Part shown: positions 1 to 9,469 of the stretch, one piece after another
Numbering within the stretch: the first letter of the stretch is position 1
How the letters are laid out: the number at the start of each line of letters is the position of its first letter
IMG/VR virus record: IMGVR_UViG_3300045988_152007
Location: 60,475-124,474 of that record
Origin: a virus
DNA length: 64,000 nucleotides
Reading direction: 5' to 3' (one strand)
Notes under the pieces: model-generated
Database searches by the model: none
What the model saw: the letters and a program-made list of their open reading frames with translations, nothing else
What the model was told of the DNA's origin: nothing
Position numbers and translations under genes: made by a program

Positions 1-13
1 ATATAATAATTCA

Positions 14-451
14 TCATTTTACAGGTTCCACCTTACAATAACAAGCATTATAGAAATCTTCTTTGTTATCGTATTCATCACGATGTTCCGGCCACCATTC
101 TACTGTTAATTCTGTTTTCATCCCATGTTCAAATTGTTTTATACTATCAGACCCATTCGCTACAATCCAGGTATTAGATTCGCCATAAGGTGTATAACCA
201 ATTAGTCTAAAACAATCTTCATCTTTCTTGTCGCGTGCTTCATCTGTAATAAGAGTCCTATTATAATAACATTTACTTAATACATCAGCTACATTACGAT
301 ATTCCATATAATGCTCATGATAACAATCGCAAGCTACTTTCATTAACATGCTGCCAGTGATATCATACCTTCGTGCTTCAGATGGAGTGGCCCGCACTTT
401 CTAATAATCGCCTTCTGGCGACCAAAATTCGTATAAATAATCTTTATCCAT
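14..451 (-). CDS. hypothetical early protein, N-terminally extended relative to ORF-track 14..397, with one in-frame TAG
   Basis: ATG at 451-449 is preceded by AGGAGG (aaaggaggataatATG) and is in frame with the 14..397 ORF. Codon 17 is TAG (+ 401-403). Stop is TGA. Confidence 0.45.
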
Positions 452-642
452 ATTATCCTCCTTTGCCCAAAATGGCTTGACATAATTAAAATTTTTTTGT
501 ATAATATATTTAGAAAATAGTTCTATATAAAATTTAATCTTCTAAATGTAAACGTAAATAAATAGCTACTCCTAATAGGATTAGACCCGGAATGAGAAAC
601 CATAGCGGGTCTAATGTAGAATGAATAATTGTCAACATTAAT

Positions 643-1104
643 TTAATGACCAAAATACAACCACCACTTTGCCGTAGACACTTCTGCAAGGGCAAGTCTG
701 CAATTCTTAATGCTCACTAGATAACTATTGTAAATTTCCAACTGTCGTTTAACTAATTCACTACTGGACAATTCAGGATAAATAGATGCGAAAATAACAG
801 CATTTTCAGGAGTCAATGCAGCATAGGTATCTTTTTCGTGGTCAAGATAATTAGCGACTACATCATTAATTGTCACTTGGATGGTTTGCATTTCAGTTTC
901 ATATACTTCAATTTTCTTATTGTATTCAGGCACTTTACTAATTGATAGAGCACAAACAATAATGCCAACAGCTGCAACAAATGCAAGGATACCGCCGATT
1001 GCTACCCAGCCTACGCCTTTTCCTTCATAAGAGCCATATCTTAAATTAAGCATGACACCAACAATAATAAGAATAATGCCAATAACAAGAGCCACAATAG
1101 TCAT
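643..1104 (-). CDS. small membrane protein (N-terminal TM helix)
   Basis: 153-aa ORF with hydrophobic N-terminus MTIVALVIGIILIIVGV. TAA stop. Confidence 0.5.
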   Translation of the reverse strand: MTIVALVIGIILIIVGVMLNLRYGSYEGKGVGWVAIGGILAFVAAVGIIVCALSISKVPEYNKKIEVYETEMQTIQVTINDVVANYLDHEKDTYAALTPENAVIFASIYPELSSSELVKRQLEIYNSYLVSIKNCRLALAEVSTAKWWLYFGH

Positions 1105-1458
1105 TTATTTATCCTCCATAATACAATCACAGACGAATTGATTTACCCATTCCCAGAAATGATAACCATTGAACATAGTAAAATCAAGGTCATCAAATCT
1201 CTTATTGCCAAGCAATTTCTTTTCCTTGTCCCAGATAGTTAGATACACAACAGCATAATTCCCGCTGCCATCTTCATAACTGCCATGAAAAATATCATCA
1301 CAATGAATTATAAATCTGCCCCTCCACAGAGGGTCATCATGCAGATTCTTATTCATCTTCTTGATACGATTAACAACCTTACGTTTCAGATTCTTCTTAC
1401 TATTGGAGCTGTGAGAACTTTCCCAATACTTATCATTCTTCTTCATTACTTCTTCCAC
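1105..1458 (-). CDS. hypothetical protein
   Basis: 117-aa ORF tightly packed with neighbours. TAA stop. Confidence 0.45.
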   Translation of the reverse strand: MEEVMKKNDKYWESSHSSNSKKNLKRKVVNRIKKMNKNLHDDPLWRGRFIIHCDDIFHGSYEDGSGNYAVVYLTIWDKEKKLLGNKRFDDLDFTMFNGYHFWEWVNQFVCDCIMEDK

Positions 1459-1781
1459 TCCTTAATTCTGTACTGATACATACCTTTAGAATAATCTGTC
1501 GGGTCTTTCACTACAATGAAAATTGCATCATAATAAGGCGGATTATCAATAACAGTATAATCAATATCTTTATGATAACCGCATCTATCAAGTGCAATCT
1601 TAACTGTCTGTACCATGCCTTCACGTACAATCCAAATGCTATGAGTATTAGCCAGATTTGCCTGTACCATCATTGCACTATTAGGAATAGACTTCAATGC
1701 TTTATAAATAACTCTACTCGCACAATCCTTTTCGCCAATTACGCCTTCTGCAATCAGTCTCTCTTCATCAGTCTTTACCAT
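1446..1781 (-). CDS. hypothetical protein
   Basis: 111-aa ORF that overlaps its neighbours by a few nt, suggesting translational coupling. Confidence 0.45.
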   Translation of the reverse strand: MVKTDEERLIAEGVIGEKDCASRVIYKALKSIPNSAMMVQANLANTHSIWIVREGMVQTVKIALDRCGYHKDIDYTVIDNPPYYDAIFIVVKDPTDYSKGMYQYRIKEWKK

Positions 1782-2107
1782 TGTTTTACATCCTCCACAT
1801 AAATAAATTCAAGATATTTGTCTACATAAGACATAAATGCCAGCTTACCTTCACCCAAGAGACAAGAGGTTTCATAGAGGAACCACTGTTCTGTTGCTTC
1901 CAGACTTGTTTCATACATTTGCTTTTGGATGTAATAGATAAGTTCATCTGCTACATCTTCTACAACTGCCCGCCGCACTTCTTCAATTTCGGCAAATGTC
2001 TCTTTCCACGTTAGTTTGCGTTCAAGAGCAATGAAATCATAGGTGTCCATAAAATCATAATTGCCTTCATCAAGCGGCAAATGATTAATAACAATTAAGC
2101 CATTCAT
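1775..2107 (-). CDS. hypothetical acidic protein
   Basis: 110-aa ORF. Confidence 0.45.
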   Translation of the reverse strand: MNGLIVINHLPLDEGNYDFMDTYDFIALERKLTWKETFAEIEEVRRAVVEDVADELIYYIQKQMYETSLEATEQWFLYETSCLLGEGKLAFMSYVDKYLEFIYVEDVKQW

Positions 2108-2460
2108 TAATATGCCCTTTCTGCAATATAATTGCTAAAAATCGGCGGATATTCGCCAAACACTTCATTAAACTTTTTTTCCATTTCATGTTCCTTATTT
2201 ACATCAATTTCAAGATGGTTAAGACGATTATAATTGAATGACGAATCAAGGTCAATACTAAAAAGGCGATAACCAAAGAAGACATGGTCCAGCCAATCAT
2301 AGCCATAGCAATCAGAAATTACAAGGTCATCTTCTTGAAGAATTTCAAATGTTTCATTCGGATCAATTTTTGCTCGTTCACAATATTCTTTAAATGAAGG
2401 AACATTACCTTCACCAAACATAAAACCGCGGCCTACAAATACTTCATATTCAACACTCAT
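2107..2460 (-). CDS. hypothetical protein
   Basis: 117-aa ORF. Confidence 0.45.
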   Translation of the reverse strand: MSVEYEVFVGRGFMFGEGNVPSFKEYCERAKIDPNETFEILQEDDLVISDCYGYDWLDHVFFGYRLFSIDLDSSFNYNRLNHLEIDVNKEHEMEKKFNEVFGEYPPIFSNYIAERAY

Positions 2461-2566
2461 GATATATCCTCCTTGACAATTTTTTTATTTCTCATTTCTT
2501 TATATAAATATTTTATAATATTTTTTTATAAAAATAAATAAGGCCGATTGGGATAGCCAACCGACC

Positions 2567-3064
2567 TTATGTAATAGGTTTACAAACTCCAGGAGGAAGT
2601 GTAATAAATGTCTCACTATTCAAGGCATTCCAGAGACAGAGCCACTGACGATAATCATCATATTTTGTATAATTAATTGTTTTTACATTAGGTACTTCGC
2701 CATCGGCACAAGTCTTAATAAATACTGAACTATTATCAAGTTTATATGTCTGATAATAGCCATTATCCAAAAGAACAATAACAGAATTATTACTGCCCCA
2801 TTGAATATAAGTATCTTCTGACATAAGTTTAAGTTCGTGATAGTTTTCTACTTCAATTACTGAATGTTCTTTGCTGTCAGGAATTCCACAATAAACAACA
2901 GCAAATAGTGAACTGATAACGATGGCGGCCATACAAGTACAAACGGCTGCCCATAGAAATTCGGCCTTAAACCACTTCCAAATTTTTGAAAAGCTATAAT
3001 ATTTAATATACTGCTGAATACTATAAACAATGGTAATGGCAGCGGCGATCAAGAAAAAAATCAT
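2567..3064 (-). CDS. membrane protein (multiple TM segments)
   Basis: 165-aa ORF with hydrophobic stretches MIFFLIAAAITIVYSI and AAVCTCMAAIVISSLFAVVY. Confidence 0.5.
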   Translation of the reverse strand: MIFFLIAAAITIVYSIQQYIKYYSFSKIWKWFKAEFLWAAVCTCMAAIVISSLFAVVYCGIPDSKEHSVIEVENYHELKLMSEDTYIQWGSNNSVIVLLDNGYYQTYKLDNSSVFIKTCADGEVPNVKTINYTKYDDYRQWLCLWNALNSETFITLPPGVCKPIT

Positions 3065-3263
3065 TCTTCTACTTTCCCTCCCATAAATTCAATAAAATCG
3101 CGGTTTTCGAGAGCATTAATAGTAAGTTTATACCTTTTTGATAAAGATTCAACCATTGTTAATTCGTACAAATTTTTTTCAATTTTAATGATATACATAA
3201 TAGGAATAATAGCAGTATTAACATGAATAGGATATGGATATCCTTCAGCTTTAATTTTATAAA

Positions 3264-3479
3264 TCATATATTACTCCCACAATTTTTACAATAAATTTTA
3301 TCATCTACGATAAGAACTTGATTATTTTGAAGGATAGTGCCACACCTGGTACAATGCGGTGGGTTAGAGCAGAAGAATTTACAGCCTGGATCTTCATCAT
3401 CGACACGCAAGCCAGAGACGATGCGGCATTGACCTTGAACACGATAGCCGCATCTGCCGCATCGACGCAAATTTACCAC
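3264..3479 (-). CDS. zinc-ribbon protein (Cys-rich)
   Basis: 71 aa with CGRCG...CTRCG...CKNCG motifs. Confidence 0.45.
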   Translation of the reverse strand: MVNLRRCGRCGYRVQGQCRIVSGLRVDDEDPGCKFFCSNPPHCTRCGTILQNNQVLIVDDKIYCKNCGSNI

Positions 3480-3705
3480 AGCACATTCTCCTGAATTGCA
3501 TCAAGTGCTTCGGCACTTACTTCAAGACAATCATCAGGGGCGAATGCTTCAAGCTCTACCTTATTAATGCTATCAAAATACTGGTAAATCTTTTCCATAG
3601 CATCAGTATATCCTTCATCAACGTCATTATCAGAATATACGAGTCCTGTCTCATCTTTTGACTTGTCATCATAATTCCAATTTACTTTATATCTAAAATA
3701 CATAT

Positions 3706-3981
3706 TTAATCCTCCAAACTTGGAATAGCTCTAATGTAGTAATTAATTCCGCCAAAGAAAAGAGCAATACATTTATTACTACACTGATATTTCTTCCACC
3801 AATCACGTAATGTATCTGTATATTCTTCAAGAGTATCGGCATCATCAAGTTTATTAATGCCATAATTATATTCGATAAATGCTTCTTCTTCGGCGATAGA
3901 TAGAACAAGTTCTTCGGCGGAGGCTCGGCTATCGCAGCAGATTAAATCATCACTGCAACTATCCCAAACAACATATTTCAT
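3706..3981 (-). CDS. small early protein, paralog family member (MKYV..C..AEE motif)
   Basis: 91 aa. N-terminus MKYVVWDSCSDDLICCDSRASAEELVLSIAEEEA resembles that of 4278..4553 and 4554..4886. Confidence 0.45.
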   Translation of the reverse strand: MKYVVWDSCSDDLICCDSRASAEELVLSIAEEEAFIEYNYGINKLDDADTLEEYTDTLRDWWKKYQCSNKCIALFFGGINYYIRAIPSLED

Positions 3982-4275
3982 TTAATTAAGCTCACTTTCA
4001 TAAATTCCATTTAAATTATATCCGCCCTTATAAAGTATATAACCTTCAAGAGTTTTGTTATATTTAGAAGCTAATCTTTTCCATTCTGTTAAAACATTTT
4101 CTTCAGTGTAAATAGATATTAGATGATTATATGTATTTAAACTTTCTTGTTCTACGCATGAAAGAACAAATTCTTGTGCGTCATTAAGATTTCTAAAAGA
4201 ATATACTTCATAGTTATTACCATAATTATTAATTTCACCATAATTATTACTATCTATAACTGTATAAATTTTCAT
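3982..4275 (-). CDS. hypothetical protein
   Basis: 97-aa ORF. Confidence 0.4.
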   Translation of the reverse strand: MKIYTVIDSNNYGEINNYGNNYEVYSFRNLNDAQEFVLSCVEQESLNTYNHLISIYTEENVLTEWKRLASKYNKTLEGYILYKGGYNLNGIYESELN

Positions 4276-4277
4276 AA

Positions 4278-4553
4278 TTAATATTCTCCTAATTCTTCAA
4301 TAATAAATCGACCACTCATAAACCAAAGAGCTGTGCCGTAATGAGTTTTGCATTTCATTTCTGGATGTCTTGATTTTCTAAATTCAAAACTGTTATTGAA
4401 GAAATTATCTACACCTTCATACATTGCTTGATAATATACATCTTCTTCAGTTAATGCCAGAATAGCTTCTTCGGCATCTGCACGAGTGTTGCAAATATAT
4501 CGAGGGATTTCACAACAAGCATCATCATCAATTTCAGAAATTAAATATTTCAT
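4278..4553 (-). CDS. small early protein, paralog family member
   Basis: 91 aa. MKYLISEIDDDACCEIPRYICNTRADAEEAILALTEEDVY. Confidence 0.45.
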   Translation of the reverse strand: MKYLISEIDDDACCEIPRYICNTRADAEEAILALTEEDVYYQAMYEGVDNFFNNSFEFRKSRHPEMKCKTHYGTALWFMSGRFIIEELGEY

Positions 4554-4886
4554 TTAGTACTCCTCTCCAATAGAATAGTTATAATATTCACCAGCCATAA
4601 GAAGAGTCCAACCATAGAAAGAAATATCTTTATCGTCAAATGGAAATCTAAATTTATTATACTCTTTCCAGTCAAGAACTTTATCATTGAGATAAACTTC
4701 CATAGGATTTTCACCAGGTTTTACTGTAATTTCTGTTTCATTATAATAATAATCATCAAGGAATGCCCTATATGCTTCTTCTTCGGCGGCGGCAAGAATC
4801 AGTTCCTGCACATCAGCTTCAGTATTACAGATACCAAGAATACCAGGATAGAAGTTATCAAAATAATCATAAGCAACATACTTCAT
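4554..4886 (-). CDS. small early protein, paralog family member
   Basis: 110 aa. MKYVAYDYFDNFYPGILGICNTEADVQELILAAAEEEAY. Confidence 0.45.
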   Translation of the reverse strand: MKYVAYDYFDNFYPGILGICNTEADVQELILAAAEEEAYRAFLDDYYYNETEITVKPGENPMEVYLNDKVLDWKEYNKFRFPFDDKDISFYGWTLLMAGEYYNYSIGEEY

Positions 4887-4973
4887 AATTTATTTTCTCC
4901 CTCATTTTTATATATATATTTTAACAAATTTTTTTATAAAAATAAAAGAGCCAGATTTACTCTGGCTCTTTGA

Positions 4974-5273
4974 TTATCTATTTACTTCTTCAACGATTAC
5001 AATAGCATTATGAATTACGACACGATTACCATTATAATCAAAGAATGTTTCATTTTCTGATTCACTAATATCAATCATTGCCGGACCATATTCCCGCAAG
5101 AGATTACCATTGTAATCATAGACAGACACAATACGATAAAGACCGCCAGTGTAATTACTTCTCCAACTCTTTAAGGTACGCTGGAAATTCGCACCACTGA
5201 ATGTAAAAATCAACATACCAATTACAAGAGCCACAACAATAATAACAATCAGGACGCTACTTCTACTTCTCAT
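4974..5273 (-). CDS. membrane-anchored protein
   Basis: 99 aa with N-terminal TM VLIVIIVVALVIGMLIFTF. GGAG RBS upstream. Confidence 0.45.
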   Translation of the reverse strand: MRSRSSVLIVIIVVALVIGMLIFTFSGANFQRTLKSWRSNYTGGLYRIVSVYDYNGNLLREYGPAMIDISESENETFFDYNGNRVVIHNAIVIVEEVNR

Positions 5274-5284
5274 ATTATTTCTCC

Positions 5285-5574
5285 TTATAAATCGTTTGTT
5301 TTACAGAATAAATACATTACGAATGCAATGATTACAAAACCAAAAATAAATATTTTAATCATTGTACAAACTGCCAAGAGCATAAAAGGTAAGACAAATA
5401 AAAATGGTTAAGAAAAATAGTTCCATTAATCAGTAGCCCTCGCTAATACAATTCCAATAACTACACCAATTAAGGTACATAATACTATTACAATCATTAT
5501 ATTTCACTCCCTAATGCTGCTCCAACTAAAACGGCAAATATACAGAGGATAAAAACTCCTATAATTAAATCCAT
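5285..5574 (-). other. cluster of four tandem, overlapping micro-ORFs encoding 23-26 aa hydrophobic peptides
   Basis: Minus-strand reading gives MDLIIGVFILCIFAVLVGAALGSEI, MIVIVLCTLIGVVIGIVLARATD, MELFFLTIFICLTFYALGSLYND and MIKIFIFGFVIIAFVMYLFCKTNDL. Each start overlaps the preceding stop as TAATG or ATGATTAA. Confidence 0.3.
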
Positions 5575-6944
5575 TAATTATCCTCCAAAGTCATTTCTTC
5601 TTCAATTTCTTCCATGTCAGGCACTTCTGCATCAACCTTAATCAGGTTCTCAAGCACTTTAAAATTATAAGATTTATCTTTTGCAACATCGAAACGAGTG
5701 CCGTTCATCTTACGAATAACTACGCCCTCAATAACATGAGAAGAATCAATCGTAGAAGGAATATCCTCATATTTAGCAATTCGTGCTAGAAAATCCTCTT
5801 TAGTGGTGTAAATAAAACGTTCAAGTTCAGGCACAGTTTCAAAACCCATCTGTTCAGCACGTTGCTTAACAAGGTCCCAAGGATATTCAATTACTACTCC
5901 TTCTGGAGTGGTATAAGTCATACGATAAACAAAATAGCGATTAAGATGCTTATTGTCACCAGTAGGAGAACAACCATAAGAGAAGGTAGTGGTCTTACCA
6001 TATTGTTTGATAAATGCTTTATCTTTAGTTTTAGTGTTATCACCCGGCGTCATAATAGGTGCGTTAGGAGCATAGAATCCTGCAATTTCACCGAAGCATT
6101 CCTCATTGGGCAGAAGCTTACCCTTGAAACGTTCGCCCCAAGCTCTACGGAAATCATCATTACCATAGAAACCGCCAACACTATTATTGGTAAGAACAGT
6201 GCGGCGAGTGCCAATTAGATAACGCATTTCAGTTTTAGGAGTAAGGTGGGACTGTGCAGACATACGCCATTTCTTCGGTAACCAATTGCTGTGTGCAATA
6301 AGTTTAGTAAGGAAGAAACCGTTTTCACCAATAATTGCAGTTTGATATGCGTTTCGAGAGCTGGTACCATGAACTTTCTCGGTCAGGCAAATGATATCAC
6401 CCGGTTTAAACATATCCATATTAAAACGAAGCTGCGGAGTATCAATATGTTCTGCGAAGAACGGGTACTTAATGCGGCATTTCTTTGCAGACTTACGGTC
6501 GCGTTCGCCGCGTGCAGTAGGTTGTGAAGCTCTGGGCTTATGCATCGGCACGTACTTCTCGGCAATCACATGACCATTAAAGGTAGATACAATATCACCT
6601 TCAGCTAGATTGCTAATGTCGCCAAAAGAAGCAAGACAAGTAAGCGGAAGTACCAGGCCTTCAGACTTATTGCCGCGTAGACGAATTGCACCAATATTAC
6701 GCTTCACAGGGTCAATGAAACCACCAGCCGGATTACCATTTTCATCCTGGCGGCGGAAGAGATCATTTGCCTTACCAAACTCTTCGCTAATCTGACCATC
6801 CGTAGGAAAATAGACGTAAAGGTCATTTTCATTCACGGATTTATCAACAATGGTAGTAATACCAAATACTTCACAGGTATTCAGACGGTCAGCATTTTCC
6901 GCAGGTCTAATGTTTTTTACTTTACAAATATATACATTATACAT
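5574..6944 (-). CDS. ATP-dependent RNA ligase, Rnl2-like nucleotidyltransferase with N-terminal extension
   Basis: 456 aa. Motif I KVHGTS (KxHGxN-type), motif III FGEIAG, motif IV EGVVIRK, motif V AKDK. Confidence 0.55.
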   Translation of the reverse strand: MYNVYICKVKNIRPAENADRLNTCEVFGITTIVDKSVNENDLYVYFPTDGQISEEFGKANDLFRRQDENGNPAGGFIDPVKRNIGAIRLRGNKSEGLVLPLTCLASFGDISNLAEGDIVSTFNGHVIAEKYVPMHKPRASQPTARGERDRKSAKKCRIKYPFFAEHIDTPQLRFNMDMFKPGDIICLTEKVHGTSSRNAYQTAIIGENGFFLTKLIAHSNWLPKKWRMSAQSHLTPKTEMRYLIGTRRTVLTNNSVGGFYGNDDFRRAWGERFKGKLLPNEECFGEIAGFYAPNAPIMTPGDNTKTKDKAFIKQYGKTTTFSYGCSPTGDNKHLNRYFVYRMTYTTPEGVVIEYPWDLVKQRAEQMGFETVPELERFIYTTKEDFLARIAKYEDIPSTIDSSHVIEGVVIRKMNGTRFDVAKDKSYNFKVLENLIKVDAEVPDMEEIEEEMTLEDN

Positions 6945-6976
6945 TTATGTCTTTTCCTTTCTTAATTTTAGTTAGT

Positions 6977-7129
6977 TTTCTACTGGAGTAAAGAAGTTGA
7001 GGCTTTCGGTTAGCCATCTATTTGCTTCGGGATCAAAGTAAAGGACACGGAAATATCCGCTATCGTCTCGGAAAATTTGTGCGATCGTATAAGTCTTACC
7101 GGAGACATTGTTTTTCATTTTCATAATTA
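6977..7129 (-). CDS. small hypothetical protein (50 aa)
   Basis: MKMKNNVSGKTYTIAQIFRDDSGYFRVLYFDPEANRWLTESLNFFTPVEN, overlapping the start of the upstream gene. Confidence 0.3.
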
Positions 7130-7402
7130 AATCCTTTCGTTATAGGGGATGCGGCTATAGCCCATAATCATAGGCCATATCATTTTAATTAAATCTGGAT
7201 AAGAAGTTAGAGTGCTTAAATACTCTATCTTCTTTTCTTCTACTATTGGTGTATATGCGGGACGAGAATGTTCTTTTTTGAGTTCTACCAAGTTTTTTGC
7301 CAATTGAACTCTTTTGTCCAAAAGGCGTACTATCTTCTCATCATAGGCCGCAATCTCATTCCGCATTTCAGTTGCACGGTCAAGATATTCGTCAAGATTC
7401 AT
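7127..7402 (-). CDS. chorismate mutase (AroQ)-like small protein
   Basis: 91 aa. MRNEIAAYDEKIVRLLDKRVQLAKNLVELKKEHSRPAYTPIVEEKKIEYL aligns with the AroQ pattern LRxxIDxLDxxLLxLLxxRxxLxxxVGxxK...P..D..RE. Confidence 0.4.
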   Translation of the reverse strand: MNLDEYLDRATEMRNEIAAYDEKIVRLLDKRVQLAKNLVELKKEHSRPAYTPIVEEKKIEYLSTLTSYPDLIKMIWPMIMGYSRIPYNERI

Positions 7403-7685
7403 TCGGACGCCACCTTACAATCATCGTATTATTGGTAAAACAAGTTGTAAACTTATTAGAATTAAGAATTTCTTGAAGTTTCTTAACGGTATAATTGCTT
7501 GATGACGGAGTATCATCGGGAGAAATGACAATGGTATAGGCATATGCACCATTTGTTGCCGCTTGTAGCATTGCCGGCGTATTATTTGTGATGATTTCTT
7601 CTGCTCTTTCAGTTGCCGCACGTTCCTTGTTGGCTTCCGCTTCAGAGGTAAGAGTAGTAAGTTTAGCAAATAAGTTTTTATCCAT
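7392..7685 (-). CDS. hypothetical protein
   Basis: 97-aa ORF. Confidence 0.4.
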   Translation of the reverse strand: MDKNLFAKLTTLTSEAEANKERAATERAEEIITNNTPAMLQAATNGAYAYTIVISPDDTPSSSNYTVKKLQEILNSNKFTTCFTNNTMIVRWRPNES

Positions 7686-7745
7686 TTTTTATTTTTCCTC
7701 TATTGTTTATATATATATTTTATAATATTTTTATTTATTTTTCAA

Positions 7746-7946
7746 TTAAAATGGATATTGAATGTTTCGGCGAAGTCTCTCATATGCGGCAATATAATAG
7801 ATTTTATCATCACATTTGTATTTAGCTTTTCTACCACTCCAAAAGGTAACATGAATAGTGTTAGTAGTATTGTCGCCTTTTACGAAGCGAATGTCATTTT
7901 TCACTTGATGTTTGCGTTGAAGGCCTGTATAGATAGTAATTACCAT
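7746..7946 (-). CDS. hypothetical protein
   Basis: 66-aa ORF. Confidence 0.35.
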   Translation of the reverse strand: MVITIYTGLQRKHQVKNDIRFVKGDNTTNTIHVTFWSGRKAKYKCDDKIYYIAAYERLRRNIQYPF

Positions 7947-8236
7947 GGGTCAACATCTCCATAGCTACCGTAATATTTCATATTGGTATTATTTACTGCT
8001 TCATTGCGTGCGGCTCGCATAATATCCATCCATTTATCTTGGGCAGCATCCCAATATTTTTTATCTTTGAAGGAATAAACAGCTATCGTCTCTTCTGTGG
8101 TATCTCCTACAGTTTGAATTTGCATTTTATATTTTTCATTTGGGTCGGTATAAAAACTAACGTAGAGGATGGCCGATGTTTTATAGCAGCAAAAATTTTT
8201 ATTATCTGTTGTAAATGTGAAATATGGATTAATCAT
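7940..8236 (-). CDS. hypothetical protein
   Basis: 98-aa ORF. Confidence 0.4.
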   Translation of the reverse strand: MINPYFTFTTDNKNFCCYKTSAILYVSFYTDPNEKYKMQIQTVGDTTEETIAVYSFKDKKYWDAAQDKWMDIMRAARNEAVNNTNMKYYGSYGDVDPW

Positions 8237-8438
8237 AAGTCATTAAATGTATCTATAGCGTCTTGATAATCTCTTATGTTATCGAATGTAAATGTTTCAA
8301 TACCGTTAGATTTAGTTGTAAGTTCCATTGTTAATTCATTATTTAATTCATTTTGAGTATAGAATTTTACGTTTACAATATCATTAACGACATAGAAAAA
8401 TATATTATTATCATCTAGGGCAAACTACATAAACTTTT

Positions 8439-8906
8439 TCATACAAGAGCCTCCAGATATTTATCCACTGTTTTAGTATAGTCAGCATAATTAATTTGTG
8501 TATTCCACTTTTGGATATCGGCCAGAATGCTGTCAATAGTTGTAAGAGTAGGTGCGTTGCCATAATTAGTGGTATCTATTTCAAATGCGGGCTTAGGAGT
8601 AGGCTTAGGGGCGAGTGCGAATTTTTCACATGCTGCAATATTTTTCTTGAAATTCACTTTTCCATAATTGCCCATAGTGCCAAGGCAGTAAAGATTATCT
8701 TTATCATTGGGGTTAATCATATAGGCATACATGCAGTCGGGCAGTAATTTATGATAGGGGTCATAATCTTTAAGGCAGTAGATAGTAGTAGCACTAAGTC
8801 CGCCCTTGGTGAGTAGCCTCTTCTGGAACTCTTCACCATTAAGGACCCAGACTTTAAGATTGTTGTAGCTACCAACTTTGCCATTTTGTTCACGATAATT
8901 TGGCAT
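8439..8906 (-). CDS. hypothetical protein
   Basis: 155 aa. TGA stop overlaps the ATG of a downstream micro-ORF (ATGA). Confidence 0.45.
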   Translation of the reverse strand: MPNYREQNGKVGSYNNLKVWVLNGEEFQKRLLTKGGLSATTIYCLKDYDPYHKLLPDCMYAYMINPNDKDNLYCLGTMGNYGKVNFKKNIAACEKFALAPKPTPKPAFEIDTTNYGNAPTLTTIDSILADIQKWNTQINYADYTKTVDKYLEALV

Positions 8907-9121
8907 TTAAGATTTTCCTTTCTTATCTTTTATCTTATATATATTTTATCAAATTTTTTTATATTTTTCCACTATTTATAAAACCAATAGGTATATTTTT
9001 ATTTCAACTTATATCAATTAAACTTGTTATAAATTACTTAAAATTTTTTGGGCCACCGCGGTTAAGAATATTATTCATATTTTTATATATAGTAGATTAA
9101 TAAAAGAAAAGGAGAATATAT

Positions 9122-9274
9122 ATGCCAAGTAAACGTGAAGGCTATCATAATATTGCAACTCGTGTTAAGGATGAAGAAAAGGCACGTATTGATGAATTCT
9201 GTAAAGAAAATGATATGAGTGTTTCGCAATTAATTAGAAAAGCCATTAAAGAATATATTGATAAGGAGAAGTAA
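9122..9274 (+). CDS. ribbon-helix-helix (CopG/Arc-like) DNA-binding protein
   Basis: 51 aa. MPSKREGYHNIATRVKDEEKARIDEFCKENDMSVSQLIRKAIKEYIDKEK. GGAGAA RBS. Confidence 0.55.
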   Translation: MPSKREGYHNIATRVKDEEKARIDEFCKENDMSVSQLIRKAIKEYIDKEK

Positions 9275-9469
9275 TACAAAGTGAACAAAGAACAAAATAA
9301 AAATATGATTATTTATTCATTAGCTGTTATGGAAAAGCTAGTGGAAAATGGTCATTTCCCTATATAGACTATGCCCAATCCCAAATATCCTGAATATAAT
9401 TGCTGGATATTTAAGGTTGATGATGATTTTATGAGGGATTTTGTTGAAGCTCAAAGGAGGTAATTATTT

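Noticed and set aside
9281-9463. A 60-aa recoded ORF 9281..9463 (GTG start, TAG at 9365)
   Set aside because: It is ambiguous. An ordinary 30-aa ORF starting at ATG 9371 just after the TAG explains the same sequence, so it was not listed as a feature.
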